Translations under genes and position numbers: made by a program
Notes under the pieces: generated by a model
Database searches by the model: none
The model's input: the letters and a program-made list of their open reading frames with translations, nothing else
Told to the model about the DNA's origin: nothing
Shown here: piece by piece, positions 1 through 7,069 of the stretch
Layout of the letters: each line of letters starts with the position of its first letter
How positions within the stretch are numbered: the first letter of the stretch is position 1
Assembly: GCA_049699855.1 (NCBI GenBank)
Contig: JBNAWM010000031.1
Coordinates: forward strand, 1 to 14,304
Direction of reading: 5' to 3'
DNA length: 14,304 nucleotides
From: Candidatus Cryosericum sp.
GTDB lineage: Bacteria > Caldisericota > Caldisericia > Cryosericales > Cryosericaceae

Positions 1-207
1 TTCGGGGTGGAGTTGTCTGGAGAGGATTATGACACGGTAGCAGGCCTGATACTCTCTGAGATTGGCCGCCTTCCGCGTGTTGGTGATCGAGTCGAACGAG
101 CTGGGATCATCTTCAGCGTGGTGAACGTCGTTGGAAAGCGCATTTCAAGAGTGCGTGCAGAGCGGGCGCCCACCGGGCCTGCGCACACGGCAGGGGACGA
201 GGAGTAA
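1..207 (+). CDS. 3' fragment of a hemolysin-family/CorC-HlyC (CBS + transporter-associated domain) protein, truncated at the window edge
   Basis: Frame open from base 1 to TAA at 205-207. The translation 'EDYDTVAGLILSEIGRLPRVGDRV...FSVVNVVGKRISRVR' matches the typical CorC_HlyC C-terminal pattern (DTxxG...GRxPxxGd...RIxxVr). Confidence 0.85.
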   Translation, partial: FGVELSGEDYDTVAGLILSEIGRLPRVGDRVERAGIIFSVVNVVGKRISRVRAERAPTGPAHTAGDEE

Positions 208-247
208 CGGCGGGCATCATTTCACATTCTGACATGAGGAGCGAACC

Positions 248-1009
248 ATGAAGATTGTTGCAGGAAACTGGAAGATGTACAAGACTATAGAACAGGCCAA
301 GGAATTCTTCTCTCAATTGAGCGGCACAGTCGCGCCAAGGCCGGACAAGGTCAAGGTTCTCATTTTCCCGAACTATGTGGCTCTCGGCGCCTTGGCTGAA
401 GCGCATGTCGTTCCGGAATGGGTCGCACTGGGAGCCCAGGACGTCGCCGCCGATGTCGAGGGCGCTTTTACGGGAGAGGTATCGCCGCAGATGATTCGTT
501 CTGCTGGTGCCATCTATGCCCTCATCGGACACTCCGAGCGTCGGCACATCATCGGCGAGTCGGCCGAGCTCCTGCATCGGAAGCTGATGAATGCATTGCA
601 GGGAGGACTGATCCCCGTGCTGTGCGTGGGAGAAACGCTGGAGGAGCGGAATGCCGGAAAGATGCAGGAGGTCGTGTTCGGTCAGCTGGACACGGCGCTG
701 GCCGGCGTGGTGCTCGAGAACAGCGGTCAGCTGGTCGTGGCCTATGAGCCGGTGTGGGCGATCGGGACCGGCGTGAATGCAACAAATGAGCAGATCGAAG
801 AGGCTCATCACCTCATCCGGGACCATCTGGCCGGACTGCTGGGGAGTGCAGTGGGTTCTTCGATCACGATCCTGTACGGCGGCAGCGTGAAACCAGCGAA
901 TTTTGCTGCGATCGCGGGGCTTCCTTCTGTCGATGGCGGGCTCATCGGAGGAGCCAGCCTGAAGCCTGACGCATTTGCCGAGTTGATCGGCATCGCCGAG
1001 CAAGTCTAG
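248..1009 (+). CDS. tpiA: Triosephosphate isomerase
   Basis: Motifs AGNWKM, GAFTGEVS, IGHSERR, AYEPVWAIGTG, YGGSVK and GGASL; 253 aa; SD GAGGAG upstream of the ATG. Confidence 0.99.
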   Translation: MKIVAGNWKMYKTIEQAKEFFSQLSGTVAPRPDKVKVLIFPNYVALGALAEAHVVPEWVALGAQDVAADVEGAFTGEVSPQMIRSAGAIYALIGHSERRHIIGESAELLHRKLMNALQGGLIPVLCVGETLEERNAGKMQEVVFGQLDTALAGVVLENSGQLVVAYEPVWAIGTGVNATNEQIEEAHHLIRDHLAGLLGSAVGSSITILYGGSVKPANFAAIAGLPSVDGGLIGGASLKPDAFAELIGIAEQV

Positions 1010-1045
1010 ATATCTCTCAACTGCACGGCAGCTCCCGCAAACACA

Positions 1046-1078
1046 AGAGACCCCTTCCACCATGTGGTCGGGGTCTCT
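1046..1078 (-). terminator. Hairpin between convergent tpiA and rnpB, probable intrinsic terminator of rnpB (possibly bidirectional)
   Basis: Inverted repeat AGAGACCCC (1046-1054) / GGGGTCTCT (1070-1078) with inner CCAC/GTGG stem; on the minus strand it is followed by UGUGUUUG and lies 6 nt past the rnpB 3' end. The U-tract is imperfect. Confidence 0.6.
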
Positions 1079-1084
1079 GCACAT

Positions 1085-1400
1085 ACCGCGAATGATAAGC
1101 CAGGTTCTGTCGTGGTCAGTCATTTATCTAAGCGACATACCCGAAGGCAGGGAGAAGCTGCCCCGTGTGCCTTCCTATTTTGTCTTGCTCCAGTTGGGGC
1201 TTGCAATGCGCAGCCCATCGCTGGTCTGCCGGTGGTCTCTTACACCGCCATTTCACCCTTACCCCTTGCGGGGCGGTTTATTTTCTGTTGCGCTTTCCTT
1301 GGGGTTGCCCCCACTCGGATTTCCCGAGCAACTCGCTTCTTGGAGCCCGGACTTTCCTCGAGCAGGAAGAACTCCTGCCCGCGACTGACTCATTCGCGGT
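1085..1400 (-). ncRNA. rnpB: RNase P RNA, bacterial type A-like, about 316 nt
   Basis: Minus strand has GAGGAAAGTCCGGGCTC (CR-I), GCAACAGAAA, GGGTGAAA, GGAGCAAG, TAGATAAATGACTG and ACAGAACCTGGCTTAT (CR-V). An 11-bp perfect P1 (ACCGCGAATGA at 1400-1390 pairing with 1095-1085), P2 GTCAGTC/GACTGAC, P3, P5-P9 and P12-P17 can be folded by eye; P6 is AGAAGC/GCTTCT. Confidence 0.97.
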
Positions 1401-2124
1401 CTTTGGTACCTGCGTAAAGGATCTTGCCACAGATCTCACAGCGGGTCAAATCCTCGGCATCGCCATGTTCGCTTTCCTCGGCATGCCGCAGGTTGAAGAG
1501 GGTCTTCTGTGACAGCTTGACGTGACAGTAGTCACAGGTCGAGTTCTCGACCCTTGCGATCGGTGCCTCACTGAACTTCTCGGAGAGGTTTTCGAAAATG
1601 AGCTTCGACTTGAGCGGAAGTTTCTTCTTGCGCGCGTCTATCTCCTTCTTCAACACAGGAAGGGACTTCTTGATCGCCGCACGAGACTCGTCATCGGACT
1701 TTGGAAGATTCTCCAGCTCTTTGCGCAGTTTTTCGAGCAGGAGTTCGAGCGCCCTGGTCTGGTCCTCGACATCCTGCCGCTCATGGAAGTTCTTCCCCTG
1801 GGCGTCCTCGATCTTCTCTTTCTCGAGGGTCAGCTTCTTCATCTTTTCCTCGAGCTTCTGAACCTTGTCCTCGGACATCTCTTCCTTGCCCAGTTTGGCG
1901 TTGGCCTCGTGAACCTTCATCGAAAGCTCATCGAGCTTCTCTCCGATCCGGATCTCCTCCGCCTTGAATTCCTCCAGCCGTCCACGCAGTCCGGCCAGCT
2001 GTTCTTCGGTCTCCGCAATCTTCCGGGTCAGCATCGACGAAAGGTCTGATTCCTCCAGAAGATGTTCTTTCTGGCGATACTCGAGTTGGAGCTGTTGAAG
2101 TTCCCAAAGTTTGTCTATTAGCAT
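1390..2124 (-). CDS. C4-type zinc-ribbon domain coiled-coil protein (DUF164/CT398-like)
   Basis: ATG at 2124 with SD GAGGTG; 244 aa; long E/K/L heptad coiled coil followed by CDYC...CEICGKIL. This family is commonly found upstream of rnpB. The ORF-track extension to 2265 runs through the tRNA and is rejected. Confidence 0.9.
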   Translation of the reverse strand: MLIDKLWELQQLQLEYRQKEHLLEESDLSSMLTRKIAETEEQLAGLRGRLEEFKAEEIRIGEKLDELSMKVHEANAKLGKEEMSEDKVQKLEEKMKKLTLEKEKIEDAQGKNFHERQDVEDQTRALELLLEKLRKELENLPKSDDESRAAIKKSLPVLKKEIDARKKKLPLKSKLIFENLSEKFSEAPIARVENSTCDYCHVKLSQKTLFNLRHAEESEHGDAEDLTRCEICGKILYAGTKDRE

Positions 2125-2154
2125 AAGTACACCTCGTCGAAGATTCCCACACTG

Positions 2155-2229
2155 TGGTGGGCCCACCTGGATTCGAACCAAGAACCAAGTGGTTATGAGC
2201 CACCTGCTCTGCCGTTGAGCTATGGGCCC
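2155..2229 (-). tRNA. tRNA with CAT anticodon, most likely tRNA-Ile2 (lysidine-modified); CCA encoded
   Basis: GGGCCCA/TGGGCCC acceptor stem, GCTC/GAGC D stem, GGTGG-CTCATAA-CCACT anticodon arm, CTTGG-TTCGAAT-CCAGG T arm, ACCA end. Paired G1-C72 and no triple G-C anticodon stem argue against initiator; C4-G69, C5-G68 and G27-U43 resemble E. coli tRNA-Ile2. Confidence 0.9.
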
Positions 2230-2268
2230 CCGCGCACCGCACGCCGTCAAGGGGCTTGCGGACAACCA

Positions 2269-2296
2269 ATTATAGGCATGGAAGCCTGCGCGTCAA
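2269..2296 (-). promoter_or_regulatory. Sigma70-type promoter for the tRNA-Ile2 / zinc-ribbon / rnpB transcript
   Basis: Minus strand TTGACG (2296-2291), 16-nt spacer, TATAAT (2274-2269). The -35 overlaps the TGA stop of the nucleotidyltransferase gene. Confidence 0.8.
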
Positions 2297-4899
2297 CCGT
2301 TCAATGTGCTGACGTACGCCAGAGCATCGCTCCTGGTTGCTATTTTTCCCTCAAGCTGGAGCCCGCGCACGAGGTCAAGGAGTTGTCCTACCCTTGGACC
2401 CGGACGAATGCCGAGGGCGACGATGTCGGCACCCGTGACCAGCGGTGGTATCTCCAGTGCGGCAAGCGCTTTCCTGAAAGCTGTCAGCTCGTCGGCAGAG
2501 CCAGAGGCGATCAGACGTGCCTGTACTATCGCGACGACCGGCGTTGGAAGACCGCATAGCTTCTGCGCAAGGTCACTCAGATGGAGCGGCCGCCGGGAAA
2601 GGAGTCTGCGCACTGCCCGTTCTCTGGCCTGCCAGAAGCTGCATGCGGCAGCAAGGTGGTCATTCAGCCCAAAATCCTTGAGGATCTCGCGCAGTTCCTC
2701 TGGGGGGCACTCGCCCAACCACAGCAGTAACGGAGCGACCCAGGCGGGAGCATTGGGAAGGGCAGGAGATGACTGGGGAGCGGATTGCAGAGCCGCCAGG
2801 ATCTTTCTCGTAGGTGCCCTTGGAGGCTTCAGAGGCAGTCCGACCAGATCGCATCCGAGCTTGCACAGCTCAGCGATGCCTGTCGAACTTTCAGTGCCTG
2901 AAATAATCTCCTTGAACTCCTCCTGGGCGCGCTTGTTCCGTCGTGTGTTCAGAAGGCCCAGTTCAAGGGCCTCTTTCGCCTTCTGAGCAGTCCCAGCATC
3001 CAGGGCGAAACCCAGACGTATCTGGATCGAGAGGGCACGGAGGATGCGCGCAGGATCCTCGATGAAGCTGTCGGGATAGGTGATCCGGATGATGCGTGCC
3101 TCAAGGTCCTGGAGACCACCAACCGCATCGACCACCGATCCAAAGTCAGGACCAGAGAGCGACATGGCGAGAGCGTTGACGGTGAAGTCCCGCCGTACCA
3201 GGTCTTTGATGAGCGATGCCGGGGCTACGGTGGGCAGGGACCCAGGGAAGTCATAGTATTCGACCCTGGCTGCTGCGAAATCGTACTCCCGATGGTGAAT
3301 GTGGACCTTGTGGGTCATGAACCGGCCGTAGGAGATCACGCTGGTGCCAAAGTGATCGGCAACAGCTGAGGCAACGCCCGAGACATCCTTCTCCGCGACG
3401 ATGTCGAAGTCATTTGGGGTCCTGTCCAGCAAAATGTCGCGGATGGAACCGCCGACAAGGTAGACTCTGTTTTCAAGCTCGTCTCCGATCCGGCCTATGT
3501 CTGCGAGCGTCGCGGCTGTTCCTGCGCCGCACAGGCGGTCCAGATCAGCGCGACTGATCATCCTGGTATTTTTGGCATCGATGAGGCTGGGCGGGTGGGC
3601 GGCACTGTTCAGGTACCGCAGAATGTCCGATCTGGAAACGACTCCCAGCAGGCGTTCGCCTTCCATGACCAGCAGGAGGCCCGTGTTGTACGCTGAGAAG
3701 GACTGAAGGAGTTCTTCTACCGTGGCACCCATCGACACAGCCGGGATGCGCGTGTTCATGAAGTAGCGTACTGGTTTCTGCCGCAGGCGGTCCAGTGAGG
3801 TCTTCTCGAGCGCCTTCTTGGCAATCACGCCAACGATTCTGCCGTCCTTCTCGACGGGCAGAACCGAGAATCCAAGGTGGACCATTATCTGGAGTGCTTC
3901 TTCGGCCAACCGGTCATGTTCTATGGTGGTGGCTGGAGTCGTCATCATGCTGGGCACAACAGAGCGCCATCCGTCTCCTCGTGCGCCGATGGCACTGACG
4001 ATGCGCTCCTCGGCTTCCAGGGCGCTCGTGCCATCATGCAGGATGCAGGCGGCGGCATGGACCCGCCCCGCGCCGCCCAGCGGAGCCAGCAGCTGCGCAA
4101 CGTTCAGGAAGCGGTCACTGCGCCCGAGAATATAGAGAGTCCCCGGTACCTCATAGATGAGGAAGAGGGCCTCAGCCTTGATGATCTGGGCCAGGCGGTG
4201 CACGATGACAGAGAGATTGCCGACGTTGCGTTCTGCGTGAACGGTGGCGATGACAACCTGCGCCCCGCCTGCAATCCGTTCGTGGGCGGTGTTTAACGCA
4301 TCCTCGAGGACTCTCTGCTGGTCAGCGGTCAGATACGTGGTGACAAAGCGGGCGACCATCGAGAGGCTGGCGCCGGCTTTGAGAAGATACGCGGCTTGTT
4401 CAACGTCGAACGCCGTCGTCTCCGGAAACAGAAGCGACCCGGTGTCTTCATAGATTCCAAGCGCAAGCAATGTGGCTTCCTCGGGATTCACCGGGATTTG
4501 GCGTTCCCGCAGAGCAGAGCAGACAAGAGAAGCTGTTGCCCCGCACCTCGCAATGTGCCCCTCATCGATCCGCGCGAGACTGGCTGCGCTGGGCTCATGA
4601 TGGTCGTAGGCGATCAGTCGGATATGGGGCAGGGAGAGAAGCTCCCGGTACTCGCCAAGGCGAGCAGGAACGATGGTGTCGGCAAGAATGACCGTTCCAA
4701 TGTCTTGCTGGAGCAGATGGGCCAGGGGCTGACGAACAAATCTGAACCTTCCCTCGTACAGCCGGAGGAATTCTTCGACGTTTGGCTCAAGTGAACCCGG
4801 CAGTACAGGAACCGATCCCGCGTACAGCCGCGAGAGACCGGCCATCGAGGCCACACAGTCAAAGTCGGCTCCCGCGTGACCAAGAATGACGGTTTTCAC
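2293..4899 (-). CDS. cca: Class II tRNA nucleotidyltransferase (CCA- or A-adding) fused to N-terminal DHH/DHHA1 phosphoesterase and tandem CBS domains
   Basis: DHH motifs (GHAGADFD, LADT, YDHH, GIYEDTG), a CBS pair, and NTase motifs VGGSIRD..DFD, RRDFTVNA and EDPARILR. Probable GTG start at 4899 overlaps the pdp stop (GTGA); 868 aa. Confidence 0.92.
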   Translation of the reverse strand: MKTVILGHAGADFDCVASMAGLSRLYAGSVPVLPGSLEPNVEEFLRLYEGRFRFVRQPLAHLLQQDIGTVILADTIVPARLGEYRELLSLPHIRLIAYDHHEPSAASLARIDEGHIARCGATASLVCSALRERQIPVNPEEATLLALGIYEDTGSLLFPETTAFDVEQAAYLLKAGASLSMVARFVTTYLTADQQRVLEDALNTAHERIAGGAQVVIATVHAERNVGNLSVIVHRLAQIIKAEALFLIYEVPGTLYILGRSDRFLNVAQLLAPLGGAGRVHAAACILHDGTSALEAEERIVSAIGARGDGWRSVVPSMMTTPATTIEHDRLAEEALQIMVHLGFSVLPVEKDGRIVGVIAKKALEKTSLDRLRQKPVRYFMNTRIPAVSMGATVEELLQSFSAYNTGLLLVMEGERLLGVVSRSDILRYLNSAAHPPSLIDAKNTRMISRADLDRLCGAGTAATLADIGRIGDELENRVYLVGGSIRDILLDRTPNDFDIVAEKDVSGVASAVADHFGTSVISYGRFMTHKVHIHHREYDFAAARVEYYDFPGSLPTVAPASLIKDLVRRDFTVNALAMSLSGPDFGSVVDAVGGLQDLEARIIRITYPDSFIEDPARILRALSIQIRLGFALDAGTAQKAKEALELGLLNTRRNKRAQEEFKEIISGTESSTGIAELCKLGCDLVGLPLKPPRAPTRKILAALQSAPQSSPALPNAPAWVAPLLLWLGECPPEELREILKDFGLNDHLAAACSFWQARERAVRRLLSRRPLHLSDLAQKLCGLPTPVVAIVQARLIASGSADELTAFRKALAALEIPPLVTGADIVALGIRPGPRVGQLLDLVRGLQLEGKIATRSDALAYVSTLNG

Positions 4900-6239
4900 G
4901 GCTGTTTGTACGGCACCACTCCATCCTTGCGCGTGATTCGGGCGACCACCGTTTGCCATGGCGGGGCAGGAGCGGCGCCAACAGTCAAGGAAGTCAGAAT
5001 TTCCTGCTCGCAGGTCCTTGCTTCCTCTTCCGTGCGGGCGAAGACCGAAGCAATCGGTTGCCCTGCGGTGACTGCGTCTCCCGTCTTGACATCCAAAATC
5101 AGCCCGACCGATAGGTCAATCGTGTCTTCCTTGGTACGCCTGCCCGCTCCCAGGTGCATGGCGGCCTCGCCGATGCCTCTGGCATCCATGCGCTGAACAA
5201 AGCCGGTCCATGGAGCCTGCACCACGCGGCGTAGGGGTGCTTGAGGCAGAACTTCCGGGTGATCGATAAAAGCTGGATCACCTCCCTGTGCAACAACGAT
5301 GTCTGCCAGCCGCTGGAGAGCGGAACCGTCAGCGATGGCTCGCTCAGCACGGCGGCGGGCCTCGTCCTGCGTCTGCGCAACTCCGCTCTGAAGGAGTATC
5401 TCATCTGACAGGGCAAGGATGACATCCCGCAACTTGCGCGGGCCCGATCCTCGCAGAATCTCCACGGCCTCAACAATCTCGAGAGCATTGCCGACAGCGT
5501 TGCCAAGGGGTTCATTCATGTCGGTCACATAGGCAACTGTTCGCTTGCCATTGTCCTCCCCGATGCCCACCATGGTCTCTGCCAGACCGATCGCATCAGC
5601 GGTCGTCACCATGAAGGCTCCCGATCCCCACTTCACGTCGAGCACGATCACATCGGCACCGGAAGCCAGTTTCTTGCCCATGATGCTCGAGGCAATGAGC
5701 GGAACGGAGTCGACAGTTGCGGTCACATCACGGAGCGCGTAGAGTTTCTTGTCCGCGACGGCGACATCGCTGGTCTGGGCCATGATCGCGCCACCCCAGC
5801 GGTTTACCACATTTGCAAACTCTTGCGTTGTGAGGTTGACGTTGAAGCCGGGGATGGCCTCCAGCTTGTCGATCGTTCCCCCCGTGTGTCCCAGCCCCCG
5901 CCCCGACATTTTGGGCATCACTGCGCCACAGCTTGCCGCAATCGCGATGAGGGGAATCGAAACGGTATCAGCGACTCCTCCGGAGGAGTGCTTGTCGCAC
6001 TTGATCCCCTTCAGTGCGGAGAGGTCGATCACATCGCCGCTTGTGCTCACACAGTGAGTCAGCCATGCCGTCTCACGAGGACTCATGCCCTTGAAGTAGA
6101 TCGCCATGAGCATTGCTGCGGTTTGATATTCGGGGATCGTTCCCCGTGTTACGCCCTCGATCCACCCCGATATCTGCTCTTTGGTCAGTTCCTGTCCTGT
6201 CTTCTTGAGCTGAATCAGCTCAGCAAATGACTCTGTCAT
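4896..6239 (-). CDS. pdp: Pyrimidine-nucleoside (thymidine) phosphorylase
   Basis: Motifs DKHSSGGV, KMSGRGLGHTGGTIDKLE, ADKKLYALRDVTATV, SIMGKK, LDVKWGSGAFM and LGAGR; ATGA overlap with the upstream PNP gene. Confidence 0.97.
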   Translation of the reverse strand: MTESFAELIQLKKTGQELTKEQISGWIEGVTRGTIPEYQTAAMLMAIYFKGMSPRETAWLTHCVSTSGDVIDLSALKGIKCDKHSSGGVADTVSIPLIAIAASCGAVMPKMSGRGLGHTGGTIDKLEAIPGFNVNLTTQEFANVVNRWGGAIMAQTSDVAVADKKLYALRDVTATVDSVPLIASSIMGKKLASGADVIVLDVKWGSGAFMVTTADAIGLAETMVGIGEDNGKRTVAYVTDMNEPLGNAVGNALEIVEAVEILRGSGPRKLRDVILALSDEILLQSGVAQTQDEARRRAERAIADGSALQRLADIVVAQGGDPAFIDHPEVLPQAPLRRVVQAPWTGFVQRMDARGIGEAAMHLGAGRRTKEDTIDLSVGLILDVKTGDAVTAGQPIASVFARTEEEARTCEQEILTSLTVGAAPAPPWQTVVARITRKDGVVPYKQP

Positions 6240-7069
6240 GAGATGCCATCTCCAATCACTCCGGACAACAACGCGGCAAGGTGTCCATCGGCTCGCGTTG
6301 CAGTGGCAAGAACCTGCTCATGGCTGAGTTCGGTTGTGGTCTCCGTGGCTAGATCCGTGATCACCGAGACGGCGCCCACTCGCAATCCCAGCTGGTTTGC
6401 AACAATAACCTCGGGAATCGTTGACATTCCAACCGCATCGGCTCCCATCATGCGAAGCATGCGGATCTCGGCTCGCGTTTCAAACTGTGGTCCCGAGACG
6501 CCCGCATAGATACCCGAAGCAGTCGGCAAGCCGAGCTGCCGCCCAACAGCTTCAAGCTTCTGGGTCACTTCAGGCGTGTACGCGCGGTACATGTTCACGA
6601 ACTTTGTGCCAAAGAGCTCGTCGGACAACCCCCTCAGAGGACTGTCCGCGGCAAACAAGTTCAGGTGGTCTTGAATGATCATCAGGTCGCCCAGGTGCAA
6701 GACATCGGAGATTCCTCCGGCCGCGTTCGTCAACAGGACCGTTCGAACGCCCAGAGCTTCTGCAGCGCGTATGGGAATGGTCACGGTCGCAGTATCATAG
6801 CCTTCATAGTAATGAAACCGGCCTGAAAAGCACAGGACCCTGTGGTGCTTGATCGTGCCGGCAACCAGCCTGCTCTCATGTCCCTTGACCGTCGATGTCG
6901 GAAATCCCGGGATCTCGCTGTAGGGTACGCTGAGCGCATCCTCAAGCTGGTCCACAAAACTGGACAGACCAGACCCGAGGACGACTGCGACCTCGAACGA
7001 CTGCCCGATGCGGCCAGCCAGGCTGGTAGCAGCCATGGTGACGTGTTGTTTCAGCTGAGCACTGTCCAT
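6236..7069 (-). CDS. punA: Purine-nucleoside phosphorylase, trimeric NP-I type
   Basis: Motifs VLGSGL, GRFHYYEG, TNAAGG, DHLN, GPQFET and DAVGMST. ATG at 7069 overlaps the DAK2 stop (TGATG); GTG at 7072 is an alternative start. Confidence 0.93.
   Translation of the reverse strand: MDSAQLKQHVTMAATSLAGRIGQSFEVAVVLGSGLSSFVDQLEDALSVPYSEIPGFPTSTVKGHESRLVAGTIKHHRVLCFSGRFHYYEGYDTATVTIPIRAAEALGVRTVLLTNAAGGISDVLHLGDLMIIQDHLNLFAADSPLRGLSDELFGTKFVNMYRAYTPEVTQKLEAVGRQLGLPTASGIYAGVSGPQFETRAEIRMLRMMGADAVGMSTIPEVIVANQLGLRVGAVSVITDLATETTTELSHEQVLATATRADGHLAALLSGVIGDGIS

Noticed and set aside
113..1123. 336-aa minus-strand ORF
   Set aside because: Antisense shadow of tpiA that also runs into rnpB; no recognisable motifs; long antisense frames are expected in GC-rich coding DNA.
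1062..1512. Three plus-strand ORFs of 108-117 aa
   Set aside because: They lie antisense to the RNase P RNA, a well-known source of spurious ORF calls.
2155..2229. Calling the CAT tRNA an initiator or elongator tRNA-Met
   Set aside because: Paired 1-72 and no three consecutive G-C anticodon pairs exclude fMet; acceptor and anticodon stems resemble tRNA-Ile2. Elongator Met is unlikely but not formally excluded.
2125..2269. N-terminal extension of the zinc-ribbon ORF and the 113-aa ORF 1928..2269
   Set aside because: Both read through the tRNA gene; a good SD and ATG exist at 2124.
2306..2986. 226-aa plus-strand ORF and similar ORFs opposite cca, pdp, punA and DAK2
   Set aside because: Antisense or alternate-frame shadows with S/R/A-rich composition and no SD or domain signal.
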